DNA of 64,000 nt from Methanothrix sp. (GTDB lineage: Archaea > Halobacteriota > Methanosarcinia > Methanotrichales > Methanotrichaceae), in assembly GCA_963682135.1 (NCBI GenBank), contig OY821645.1, positions 2,912,001 to 2,976,000 on the forward strand. The letters run 5' to 3'. This document shows, piece by piece, positions 49,361 to 58,374 of this stretch (within the stretch, counting starts at the first letter, position 1; each line of letters begins with the position of its first letter). The notes beneath the pieces are model-generated. The model searched no databases. It was not told the origin of the DNA and was given only the letters and a program-made list of their open reading frames with translations. Made by a program: the position numbers and the translations under genes.

Positions 49361-49395
49361 TTTTATTCACTCCTTTAGATATTGCATTTACAGAT

Positions 49396-49626
49396 TTAAG
49401 CTGGGACTTTGGGGCTTGCTCCGATGGCTGCCTGCTCAATCTTTGCCATCTCTTCAGAGTAGTGCAGGTAGGTGTCCACCGATGCAACGACAACGCGTGC
49501 CTCGACGGTCAGAATCTCAATACCTACCAGGCTGATCCTGGCCCAAACATCGACTACGATACCCTTGTCGAGAATCCTATCCAGAACCTCGGCAAGACTT
49601 GATGCGTCCGGTGTAGCGGTTACCAT
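49396..49626 (-). CDS. gvpA: GvpA copy 2
   Basis: Protein identical to copy 5. Confidence 0.95.
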   Translation of the reverse strand: MVTATPDASSLAEVLDRILDKGIVVDVWARISLVGIEILTVEARVVVASVDTYLHYSEEMAKIEQAAIGASPKVPA

Positions 49627-49660
49627 TTTTATTCACTCCTCTTAATATGTAAATACAAAT

Positions 49661-49891
49661 TTAAGCTGGGACTTTGGGGCTTGCTCCGATGGCTGCCTGC
49701 TCAATCTTTGCCATCTCTTCAGAGTAGTGCAGGTAGGTGTCCACCGATGCAACGACAACGCGTGCCTCGACGGTCAGAATCTCAATACCTACCAGGCTGA
49801 TCCTGGCCCAAACATCGACTACGATTCCCTTGTCGAGAATCCTATCCAGAACCTCGGCAAGACTTGATGCGTCCGGTGTAGCGGTTACCAT
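49661..49891 (-). CDS. gvpA: GvpA copy 1
   Basis: Protein identical to copy 5; ATG at 49891. Confidence 0.95.
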   Translation of the reverse strand: MVTATPDASSLAEVLDRILDKGIVVDVWARISLVGIEILTVEARVVVASVDTYLHYSEEMAKIEQAAIGASPKVPA

Positions 49892-50285
49892 TTTTCTCTT
49901 CTCCCTCTGACTTATCCTGAGCAATCTCAAGGATTATTATTTGTCTGGGATTATTTCTAAAGCATTTTTTTATGCAAAGGACTGGAGGCGGATAGTTGGA
50001 GGCCGCTGCCTATCCTTCCCTCCTCCTGTCCTCTGTGTCTGACACTCCACTTTGGCTGAGTTCATCTGTACGAATTTTCTCCCAGAGCCCTTCGTACAAT
50101 ACCATAGAGAGTACGGTTGGGACTAAATAGTCTTTCATCTTCTGTATTTTGTCTCAAGTGTTGTTTCTAAATTTGTTTCAAAAATTGAGAGTTAACAAGC
50201 TATATGTTTTAGAAAAATAGATAATAATCATCGGTATCATGGGATCAAGCAGATTATAATAGATGTCATGGTCTGGAGGTAAATT

Positions 50286-50654
50286 ATGAAACTACTTATA
50301 ATTGATGACGCTCCGGAGATGCTTAAAGCATTCAGGGACATACTCGAAGCCTATGGATGCGAGGTATACGTAGCGGAAAACGGTGAAGAAGGCCTGACCA
50401 GATATACAGAAGTTATGCCGGATGTCGTTCTAATGGATATATTGATGCCCAAGCTTGATGGCATAAGTGCTACTAAAAAAATTCTGGAGATGGACCCATC
50501 CGCGAAAATTATTGTTATCTCTGCTGTGGGAAAGAGTGGACTTGATAATGAATGCCTCCTTGCCGGCGCTAAGAAATTTATTATAAAACCATTTAAGATA
50601 AAAGAACTAATGAGCTCAATCAACTCGCTGGTGTCAATGAATGAAAGGAATTGA
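50286..50654 (+). CDS. Stand-alone response regulator receiver (CheY-like)
   Basis: IIDD, VLMDILMP, KPF. Confidence 0.92.
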   Translation: MKLLIIDDAPEMLKAFRDILEAYGCEVYVAENGEEGLTRYTEVMPDVVLMDILMPKLDGISATKKILEMDPSAKIIVISAVGKSGLDNECLLAGAKKFIIKPFKIKELMSSINSLVSMNERN

Positions 50655-51774
50655 ATCGGTAAGGGGGTATCAGGAAGAAATAATTGAGGCGATCCCCAGC
50701 ACCATCATTGTCGTAAATAGGAGCCTGGAGGTGCTTTACGCCAATAGGAATTATTATGCTAAATCAGTCGCGAAGCGGGAGAGGGATGTCTTGGGAGAGA
50801 GACTGTCCAGGGTAATTCCGTCTATGCTCATAGAAAAAACAGGAATTATTGATAAAATTCGAGAGGTTTTTCTTACCGGTGTTCCTTTTGATGGTGATCA
50901 GATCAGATATCCGGGCGGGATGTTCTATTTCTATAAAATATATCCTTTGAAGGAGGATGAAGAGTGCATAAGCAAGGTTGTAATCTTCATGGAGAACATC
51001 ACCGAGCTTACCCGACTGGAAGAGGAGCTTCGGGAATCTTATGTCAAGCTGGAGAATGCTTTTGCCGAGCTGAAAGAGAATGACGAAATCAAGTCTGAGT
51101 TCATCTCTACTGCCTCTCACGAACTCAGAACTCCCATAACCGTGATCAACAGTTACGTTGAGATGTTCGAGGGAGGGATGCTCGGCGAGCTTACTGGAGT
51201 TCAGCGGGAAAAGGTGGCGATCATAAGCTCGCAGATTGAGCATATGATTCGACTGGTAGAAGACATGCTTGATGTCTCTCGATTGGAGTCAAAGGCTCTC
51301 AAGATCAATAAATATCTTATCCGGGTCGATGATATAGCCAGAAAAGCTCTCGATGATCTGAGTCGTCTGGCCGGGCTAAAAGAGCAGTCTGTGTCTTTGA
51401 CCATAGAGGGAGAACCCCCTCTGGTGGAAGGCGATGATCGGAGAATCAAGCAGGTCTTCAATAACCTTCTTACGAATGCCATCAAGTACACTCCCAAAAA
51501 AGGAAAGATTGACGTAATAATTACCGATGAGCCGGAGGATATCTGTGTATCGATAATTGATAATGGTATGGGAGTTGCCAAGAAGGATCAACAGAGAATC
51601 TTTGAAAAATTCTATACAGGCAGCGGCAGCTCGCTGACCAGAGAATCAGGTCGTATGGGCCTTGGCCTGGCCATAGCCAAGGGAATAATTGAGGCTCATG
51701 AAGGACGCATTTGGGTAGCGAGCGAGGTTGGCAAGGGAAGCACATTTGTTTTCACATTGCCCAAAAAGCTATGA
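50641..51774 (+). CDS. Cytoplasmic PAS sensor histidine kinase
   Basis: N-terminal PAS; SHELRTP, NLLTNAIKY, DNGMG, GLGLAI; no TM helix. Confidence 0.92.
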   Translation: MKGIESVRGYQEEIIEAIPSTIIVVNRSLEVLYANRNYYAKSVAKRERDVLGERLSRVIPSMLIEKTGIIDKIREVFLTGVPFDGDQIRYPGGMFYFYKIYPLKEDEECISKVVIFMENITELTRLEEELRESYVKLENAFAELKENDEIKSEFISTASHELRTPITVINSYVEMFEGGMLGELTGVQREKVAIISSQIEHMIRLVEDMLDVSRLESKALKINKYLIRVDDIARKALDDLSRLAGLKEQSVSLTIEGEPPLVEGDDRRIKQVFNNLLTNAIKYTPKKGKIDVIITDEPEDICVSIIDNGMGVAKKDQQRIFEKFYTGSGSSLTRESGRMGLGLAIAKGIIEAHEGRIWVASEVGKGSTFVFTLPKKL

Positions 51775-52421
51775 TCAAAAATATTCTTGCCAGGCTCAAG
51801 ATCGCGCATGCAGTTGTGCCCACGACTGAACCCTTAAATAGTCATGTATGTCGCGATTTGACCAAAGGCTCCAGCTACCTGGTCAAGGAGCAAAAGGCAG
51901 AGGTTGGCTTCGAACTCTTTGTCTCTTTGGTAAAGGGAAGGTGCAAAGATTGCGATTATCTTGATTCTTTCCCCTGCGAGAGCATCGGTTGTGAAAAGTG
52001 CAAGTTGCCGTGCACCTGCAAAGTATGCAAGCATTCAAGGGCGCAGGGATTATGCTTTACAATGCATTCACCTCAGGATATCCGTTTGAGGTATGCTCTG
52101 CAAACTACTCCTATTTTCTGGATAAGCAATCATGGGACCCAGAGCATCAGCCCAATGGGCCTTGAGGTAATTGCTGATATTGTCATCAAGTTCTTGAAGC
52201 AAAGCAAGAATCCGGTAATTCTTCTGGACGGAATAGAGCATTTGATCTTCGAAAATGGCTCAGCGCCTGTGTTGAGGTTGCTGAGGGATATACAAGAGTT
52301 GATCATAATGCAGAGGGCCATTCTAATCGTGCCGGTAAATCCTGAGGCGATCGAGAAGAAAGAGCTGGCATTGATGGAACGAAATATGAGCGAGCTAAGG
52401 CAAAACACAATTGATGACTGA
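51771..52421 (+). CDS. DUF835 (inactive KaiC-like) protein with Cys-rich insertion
   Basis: GSSYLVKE, TTPIFWIS, VILLDGIEHLIFENG, KELALMER. Confidence 0.8.
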   Translation: MIKNILARLKIAHAVVPTTEPLNSHVCRDLTKGSSYLVKEQKAEVGFELFVSLVKGRCKDCDYLDSFPCESIGCEKCKLPCTCKVCKHSRAQGLCFTMHSPQDIRLRYALQTTPIFWISNHGTQSISPMGLEVIADIVIKFLKQSKNPVILLDGIEHLIFENGSAPVLRLLRDIQELIIMQRAILIVPVNPEAIEKKELALMERNMSELRQNTIDD

Positions 52422-52496
52422 AAGCCAGCGCTTAAGTGGACGAAAAAATTCTTATAGTTTGTACTGCTACGATTAATTGGAGTCATCATTAATCAC

Positions 52497-52868
52497 ATGA
52501 AAACATCGATCCAGAACTTCGAGGACCTCGGTGAATTCCAGGAGGATAACTGCAAAAAGTTCGTTGATAGAATCATCAAGACGAATCGCGAAGTTTTTAT
52601 GATGTCTTCCCTTATTGAAAAGCAAATGTGTGGTTATGATCTGATTAAAGAAATATTCTCGAAGTGTGATGTTTTTCTCAGCCAGGGAACCGTTTATCCC
52701 GTCTTATATACTCTCGAGGGAGAGGGATTGCTGCATGCCGAATATAGCAAGGGTGATATGAGAAGCAAAAATTACAGCCTTACGCTCAAGGGCAGAAAAA
52801 TCGCTGAAAAGGACATTGATGATTTCTCAAAAGCATTGGAGCAGGTATGCTTATTACTCAAGAGATGA
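52497..52868 (+). CDS. PadR-family regulator (GvpE-like)
   Basis: MCGYDLIKEI...LSQGTVYPVLYTLE...YSLTLKG. Confidence 0.85.
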   Translation: MKTSIQNFEDLGEFQEDNCKKFVDRIIKTNREVFMMSSLIEKQMCGYDLIKEIFSKCDVFLSQGTVYPVLYTLEGEGLLHAEYSKGDMRSKNYSLTLKGRKIAEKDIDDFSKALEQVCLLLKR

Positions 52869-52872
52869 GTTG

Positions 52873-53565
52873 ATGCTGAAGAACACAATCAATGGCCTCG
52901 ATAAAATTCTCTTTGATGAAATCCCTAAGGGTTCAGTGATCCTTGTAACCGGTGCAGAAGGTACTCTGAAATCAGGCCTGGTATTCAGCATGATGGCCAA
53001 CTATTTTTCGGCGAATGATGAACATGGCCTCTATGTAACTTTAGAGCAAAATATAGAAAGTCATCTTAGAAACATGAATAGTCTGGGGATTAGAGAAGAG
53101 CCTGGTTTACATATATTTGACTACCGGGATATGCGGTTGGAGTGGATGGACAGCGAATTGGATCTCATAAGAACTACTGAGGAAGTCATCGATTCTTACA
53201 AAGAAAAGTATAACAACCTGACGTTATTTGCACTTGATTCTCTAAATGCCCTCTATTCCATCTCAGATCCTGGAAATATGAGGACGAAAATCTATAATTT
53301 CTTTTCGCATCTTCGAGATGAAGAGCTTACATCTTTCTTGATAATGGAGTCTGCCCAGTCGAGAATCTCTGGACAATTCTCCCAATTTCATCAAGTAGAG
53401 CATTTCCTGGCGGACGGAACAATTGAGCTCGGCATGATTGAAGGGAAAGGCGGCGTGAAAAGGTACATTCAAATCTTGAAAATGAGAGCCACAAAACACG
53501 CGATGGAAAAGCATCAGCTTATCATCGGCGATAATGGGCTGAATATTCTCGGTCCTATCTATTAA
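52873..53565 (+). CDS. KaiC/RAD55-family ATPase (GvpD-like)
   Basis: GAEGTLKS, LYVTLEQ, ALDSLN, HFLADG, ILKMRATKH. Confidence 0.85.
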   Translation: MLKNTINGLDKILFDEIPKGSVILVTGAEGTLKSGLVFSMMANYFSANDEHGLYVTLEQNIESHLRNMNSLGIREEPGLHIFDYRDMRLEWMDSELDLIRTTEEVIDSYKEKYNNLTLFALDSLNALYSISDPGNMRTKIYNFFSHLRDEELTSFLIMESAQSRISGQFSQFHQVEHFLADGTIELGMIEGKGGVKRYIQILKMRATKHAMEKHQLIIGDNGLNILGPIY

Positions 53566-53570
53566 AAATT

Positions 53571-54011
53571 CTAGCGTTTCTCCTGCCGGGCTATGTTAGA
53601 TGCCAGATAATGAACTCTGAGCCTCGATTTCTTAAGCTGGAGCTCGGATGCCATTTTTTTATTGTACCATGCCCTGACAAATAGCGGCTCAATTTCTATT
53701 GCTCTATTATAGCAATCTATGGCATCTTTGTATTTTCCCTGTTTATATAATATATTGCCTTTTGTATTGTAGACATGTGCATTATTTGGATTGAGGCTGA
53801 TGGATCTATCGCAACACTGCATACTCATATCATGTTTTTTCTGGAAGTAAAGAATTTCTGCCTTTGCAGACCATGCTTCCCAGTTTTCCGGATCCTTCTC
53901 CAGTTCCCGTTCAACTACCATCAAGGCGCCGTCGATTCCTTCCGTGGACAATAGACGTAATGCTTTTTTGAAGGAATCATTTCCTTTTGCCCCATCGCAA
54001 GACATTACCAT
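53571..54011 (-). CDS. TPR protein
   Basis: Repeats AWSAKA..L / VYNTKGNIL / AWYNK. Confidence 0.8.
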   Translation of the reverse strand: MVMSCDGAKGNDSFKKALRLLSTEGIDGALMVVERELEKDPENWEAWSAKAEILYFQKKHDMSMQCCDRSISLNPNNAHVYNTKGNILYKQGKYKDAIDCYNRAIEIEPLFVRAWYNKKMASELQLKKSRLRVHYLASNIARQEKR

Positions 54012-54151
54012 CGAATGACTCCTTTTTTTAGTTGAATCTCCAAAAGGAAAATGTCTTTGGCCATATTAATAGACGATTGCGTCTCATATGTGCAAATCAA
54101 GCTACAAATCGATCACGATCGTTCATAGAAAATCTTGAAGGATAGGTTAGC

Positions 54152-54814
54152 TTACTTGAACACCTCTCCCGCTTCCTTATACCAGAGGAGAAGGTCAAGG
54201 TGACCCATGGGTATCTTCGCCTCCTGGGAAAAGGCGGTCATCTTTCTCTCAATCTCCAGGTAGATTCTTTTGGTTAGGGATGGAGGAACTTCATCTATCA
54301 CGCCCAGGAGAACAAGATTCTTAAGAATATGCCGATCTAATATGGCTAGATTCTCGCCCAGGCCAATGTTTCTCAGGAAATGGCTGGCTTCTTTGTATCC
54401 CAGGCCTTTGATATTTTGCACCAGCCATTCCCGGGCCGCTCTGGGATCGGAAAATCCTGCCAGCGTGGCTCTTAGAGATCTGGCGCAAAACATATTCCTG
54501 GCCAGGCAGATATACTCCCCTTTTCGCTGATGGAATCTGACGCCCCCCAGCTCCTGGGAAATTTGTGCCGGATCTGAGCTATTAATCATGCACTTCTCGC
54601 TGAGTCGTTCTACAGCCTTCCAGCAGGTCTTGGCCTTGGATTGAGGCGTGAGCAGGCAGAAGGCCAGCTCCAAGAAGAGCTCTTCATCCGTGGCCGTCTC
54701 CCAGATACGGCGGAAATCCATGAGTCTGGCCTCGATTTGCGGCTTTACGGGATTGTAATGCTTCATCAACTCCTCAACGGTGAGGGGGAAATTCTCTGTT
54801 TGCCGGTCCATCAT
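54152..54814 (-). CDS. ogg: 8-oxoguanine DNA glycosylase/AP lyase
   Basis: ELAFCLLTPQS, KGLGYKEASHFLRNIG, AILDRH. Confidence 0.9.
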   Translation of the reverse strand: MMDRQTENFPLTVEELMKHYNPVKPQIEARLMDFRRIWETATDEELFLELAFCLLTPQSKAKTCWKAVERLSEKCMINSSDPAQISQELGGVRFHQRKGEYICLARNMFCARSLRATLAGFSDPRAAREWLVQNIKGLGYKEASHFLRNIGLGENLAILDRHILKNLVLLGVIDEVPPSLTKRIYLEIERKMTAFSQEAKIPMGHLDLLLWYKEAGEVFK

Positions 54815-54897
54815 CCTTTCTAGTTCCTGGGAATATTAGGGCTTTTTGATCAGCAAAAAGCTCATAGCTTTTGGCATTCTAGCTGCTATCACCTTCC

Positions 54898-56901
54898 ATG
54901 ACGATACACTCATCAAATGCCGCAGGATCAGAACAGCGATTTCATCTTGTCTCTGCCTTTGCGCCCACCGGCTCACAGCCCCAGGCCATCGAAAAGCTCA
55001 TATCCGGCCTGCAGTCGGAAGAGCGGGCGAGCGAACATGCTGGCGCTGGCGTTGGCGGCAATTTTCAGACCCTTCTGGGTGTCACCGGCTCGGGCAAGAC
55101 CTACACCGTAGCCAATGTCATCGAAAAAGAGCAGCGTCCCACGTTGGTCATCGCCCACAACAAGACCCTGGCCGCCCAGCTCTATAACGAGTTTCGGGAG
55201 TTTTTTCCGGAAAACCGGGTGGAGTACTTTGTCTCTTACTACGATTACTACCAACCGGAATCCTACATCCCTTCCAAGGATCAGTACATCGAAAAGGACT
55301 CTCATATCAACCCCAAGATAGAGCAGATGAGGCTGGCAGCCACCGCTTCACTACTCTCGCGCAGAGATGTCATTGTCGTTGCCTCCGTCTCCTGCATCTA
55401 TGGTCTGGGCAACCCCGAAAACTTCCAGAAGATGGGCTTTGAGGTGAAGGTGGGAGAGCATATCTCCAGAAGAGAGATCCTGGGAAAGCTGGTAGACATT
55501 CTCTTTGAGAGAAACGACCTGGACCTCTCTCCCGGACGCTTCCGGTCGAAGGGCGATACCATCGATCTGGTCCCCGGATATATTAACAACATAATTAGAA
55601 TCGAGCTGTTCGGGGATCTGGTAGAGAGGATCTCTGAGGTTGACCGGCAGACAGGCCTTCTCGTTGAGGAAATGAATTATTTCTTCATCTATCCGGCACG
55701 CCATTATGTGATCCCTGAAGAGGAGCAGAATGCGGCCATAGAGACCATCCTGGCGGAACTGGAGGAGCGACTACCACAGCTCGGCATGATCGAAGCCCAT
55801 CGGCTCAAGCAACGCACTCTGCACGACATGGAGATGATCTCGGAGACGGGCAGCTGCAAGGGCATCGAGAACTATTCCCGCCACTTCGACCGCCGCCAGC
55901 CTGGCGAGGCACCCTACTGTTTGGTTGACTATTTTCCGGATGATTTTCTGCTGGTAATCGATGAGAGCCACCAGACCCTGCCACAGCTTCGGGCCATGTA
56001 CAACGGCGATCGCGCCCGAAAGAAGAGCCTGGTGGATTATGGCTTTCGCCTGCCCAGCAGCTACGACAACCGGCCATTGCGCTTTGAGGAGTTTGAGCAG
56101 CACATGAAGAATGTGATCTTTGTGTCTGCGACGCCGGCAGCTTACGAGCTGGAGCATTCCGCCCAGGTAGTGGAGCAGATCATCCGGCCCACCGGCCTGC
56201 TCGATCCCCTGGTGGAGATTCGGCCCATCGAGGGGCAGGTGAGGGATGTGATGACAAATATCCGCCTGGTAGTGGAGAAGGGCGACCGGGCGCTGGTGAC
56301 GACGCTTACCAAGCGCCTGGCGGAGGAACTCACTGACTTTCTGGCCCAAAATGAGATCAAGGCCCGCTACCTGCACTCCGATATCGACACCATGGAGAGA
56401 ACTGAGATCATCCGCGAGCTGCGCCTGGGCAAGTTCGATGTGCTGGTGGGAATCAACCTTCTCCGGGAGGGCCTAGACATCCCAGAGGTGGGCTTCATAG
56501 GCATTCTTGATGCCGACAAAGAGGGCTTTTTGCGAGACGAGAAGAGCCTCATCCAGACTATAGGAAGAGCATCGCGCAATGCCAACTCAAGGGTAGTTCT
56601 TTATGCGGACAGGATGACCGGATCCATCAGAGCCGCAATGCAGAAGACTGAGCAGAGGCGGGCCATGCAGATGGCCTACAACCAGGAGCACGGCCTTGTT
56701 CCTCGGACTATCAAGAAGCCCATCCGGGAGAAGGTGGTGGAGATTACCGATACCAGGCATATTCCAAAAGCAGACATCCCCAATGTGATCATCGAGCTGG
56801 AGGCGGAGATGCGGGCGGCGGCGGAGCGGCTGGAGTTTGAGAGGGCGATACAACTGCGGGATACGGCGAGAAGGCTGGAGAGGGAGATGAAATCAGAATA
56901 A
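54898..56901 (+). CDS. uvrB: Excinuclease ABC subunit B
   Basis: GVTGSGKT, YYDYYQPE, DESH, C-terminal UVR domain. Confidence 0.96.
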   Translation: MTIHSSNAAGSEQRFHLVSAFAPTGSQPQAIEKLISGLQSEERASEHAGAGVGGNFQTLLGVTGSGKTYTVANVIEKEQRPTLVIAHNKTLAAQLYNEFREFFPENRVEYFVSYYDYYQPESYIPSKDQYIEKDSHINPKIEQMRLAATASLLSRRDVIVVASVSCIYGLGNPENFQKMGFEVKVGEHISRREILGKLVDILFERNDLDLSPGRFRSKGDTIDLVPGYINNIIRIELFGDLVERISEVDRQTGLLVEEMNYFFIYPARHYVIPEEEQNAAIETILAELEERLPQLGMIEAHRLKQRTLHDMEMISETGSCKGIENYSRHFDRRQPGEAPYCLVDYFPDDFLLVIDESHQTLPQLRAMYNGDRARKKSLVDYGFRLPSSYDNRPLRFEEFEQHMKNVIFVSATPAAYELEHSAQVVEQIIRPTGLLDPLVEIRPIEGQVRDVMTNIRLVVEKGDRALVTTLTKRLAEELTDFLAQNEIKARYLHSDIDTMERTEIIRELRLGKFDVLVGINLLREGLDIPEVGFIGILDADKEGFLRDEKSLIQTIGRASRNANSRVVLYADRMTGSIRAAMQKTEQRRAMQMAYNQEHGLVPRTIKKPIREKVVEITDTRHIPKADIPNVIIELEAEMRAAAERLEFERAIQLRDTARRLEREMKSE

Positions 56902-58323
56902 ATGGACGTCACCGAAAAATCAGGCGTTGAACTAGATCAAAAAGATCTGACCCGTGGCGTTTCCTTATTGATCGGAGACCCAAAAAAAGCCGTTTTGAAG
57001 CTCTCCGGCCCGATGATCGTAGCCATGCTGATTCTTGCTGCTTATAATCTGGTAAACGCCGTCTGGGTTTCAGGCCTGGGATCGGATGCCTTGGCAGCAG
57101 TAGGGTTCGTGAGCCCCATTTTCATGGTGGTGGTGGGCCTTTCCAATGGCCTGGGCGCTGGCGTATCTTCCTCCATATCTCGCAGAATTGGGGCTGCAGA
57201 TAAAAGTGGCGCCGACAATACGACCATGCATGCCATGCTCTTAATGATCATCGTATCCGTAATATTAACTGTCACCCTCCTTTATTTCTTAGAGCCGATG
57301 CTCCTGGTTATAGGTGCAGGGACGGCTCTTGACCTTGCCGTCCAATACGGCAACATAGTTTTTGCGGGAAGCATATTGATAGTCTTCACGAACACAGCAT
57401 ATGCGATTTTAAGGGGTGAGGGGGACGCAAAACGCACCATGTATGCCATGGGCGCGGGATCGTTGATCAATGCCATTTTAGACCCTATTCTGATATATTG
57501 GGCGGGCCTTGGAATCGCAGGAGCGGCATGGGGCACGATCATCTCCCTTTTTCTGGTTTCGGCAGTTCAAATTTACTGGCTGCTCATAAAGAAAGACACC
57601 TATGTTTCGCTCTCCAGGAAAGCCTTTGTCCCGAGCAGGGGCGTGATGTTGGATATTCTCAAGGTGGGAATTCCGGCAAGTATTGAGTTCCTCTTCTATT
57701 CCATAGATGCAGTCATCATCAATGCCATGCTGGTGAGAGTATCGGGAACTGATGCCGTGGCAGTCTACACCGCCGGATGGCGGGTGATCTTCGTGGCCCT
57801 GGTTCCCCTGATCGCCATCGCCACTGCGGAGATATCGGTTGCCGGGGCAGCCTTTGGAGCCAGGAGATACGACAGCCTGGCCATAATTCACAGCTATTCC
57901 ACCAAACTGGGGCTGGCCATTGGGCTGGCAACGGCCCTCATCACCGGGCTATTTGCTCCGCAGATAACGGCTCTCTTCACCTTCGGCCCGGAGAGCGCGC
58001 ACCTGGCGCCGACCATGGTGGCATTCATGCATGTCATGTGCCTCTTTTATCCCTTCGTCTCTCCGGGAATCATGTCCTCCAGCTTCTTCCAGGGGGCGGG
58101 CAAAGGTATGACCTCGCTCTTTCTAAATTTGCTAAGAGATGTGATCCTGGTAACCATGATGGCCTACTTGCTGGGAATGGTCCTGGGACTGGGCCAGGAG
58201 GGCATCTGGTGGGGGATAGTCTTCGGCAACATCAGCGGGAGCCTTTTAAGCTACTTGTGGGCCAAATTGTACATATCGCGGCTGATGAAGGATAAGGGGC
58301 TCTTCTCAGTGCGAAGAGATTAA
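56902..58323 (+). CDS. MATE family efflux transporter
   Basis: About 12 TM helices, LGSDALAAVG, RGEGDAK, LDPILI. Confidence 0.9.
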   Translation: MDVTEKSGVELDQKDLTRGVSLLIGDPKKAVLKLSGPMIVAMLILAAYNLVNAVWVSGLGSDALAAVGFVSPIFMVVVGLSNGLGAGVSSSISRRIGAADKSGADNTTMHAMLLMIIVSVILTVTLLYFLEPMLLVIGAGTALDLAVQYGNIVFAGSILIVFTNTAYAILRGEGDAKRTMYAMGAGSLINAILDPILIYWAGLGIAGAAWGTIISLFLVSAVQIYWLLIKKDTYVSLSRKAFVPSRGVMLDILKVGIPASIEFLFYSIDAVIINAMLVRVSGTDAVAVYTAGWRVIFVALVPLIAIATAEISVAGAAFGARRYDSLAIIHSYSTKLGLAIGLATALITGLFAPQITALFTFGPESAHLAPTMVAFMHVMCLFYPFVSPGIMSSSFFQGAGKGMTSLFLNLLRDVILVTMMAYLLGMVLGLGQEGIWWGIVFGNISGSLLSYLWAKLYISRLMKDKGLFSVRRD

Positions 58324-58374
58324 TATCATAATGATGGGATAAGATTGCAGAATTCATGGAGATGTGATGCGGGC

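Larger units (their letters stand above)
48332..49891 (-). repeat. Tandem repeat, six units of about 266 bp (gvpA + RBS spacer)
   Basis: Gene starts spaced 266, 266, 266, 266 and 265 bp apart. Confidence 0.95.

Noticed and set aside
48408-49535. Four 109-aa plus-strand repeated ORFs
   Set aside because: Antisense shadows of the gvpA repeats.
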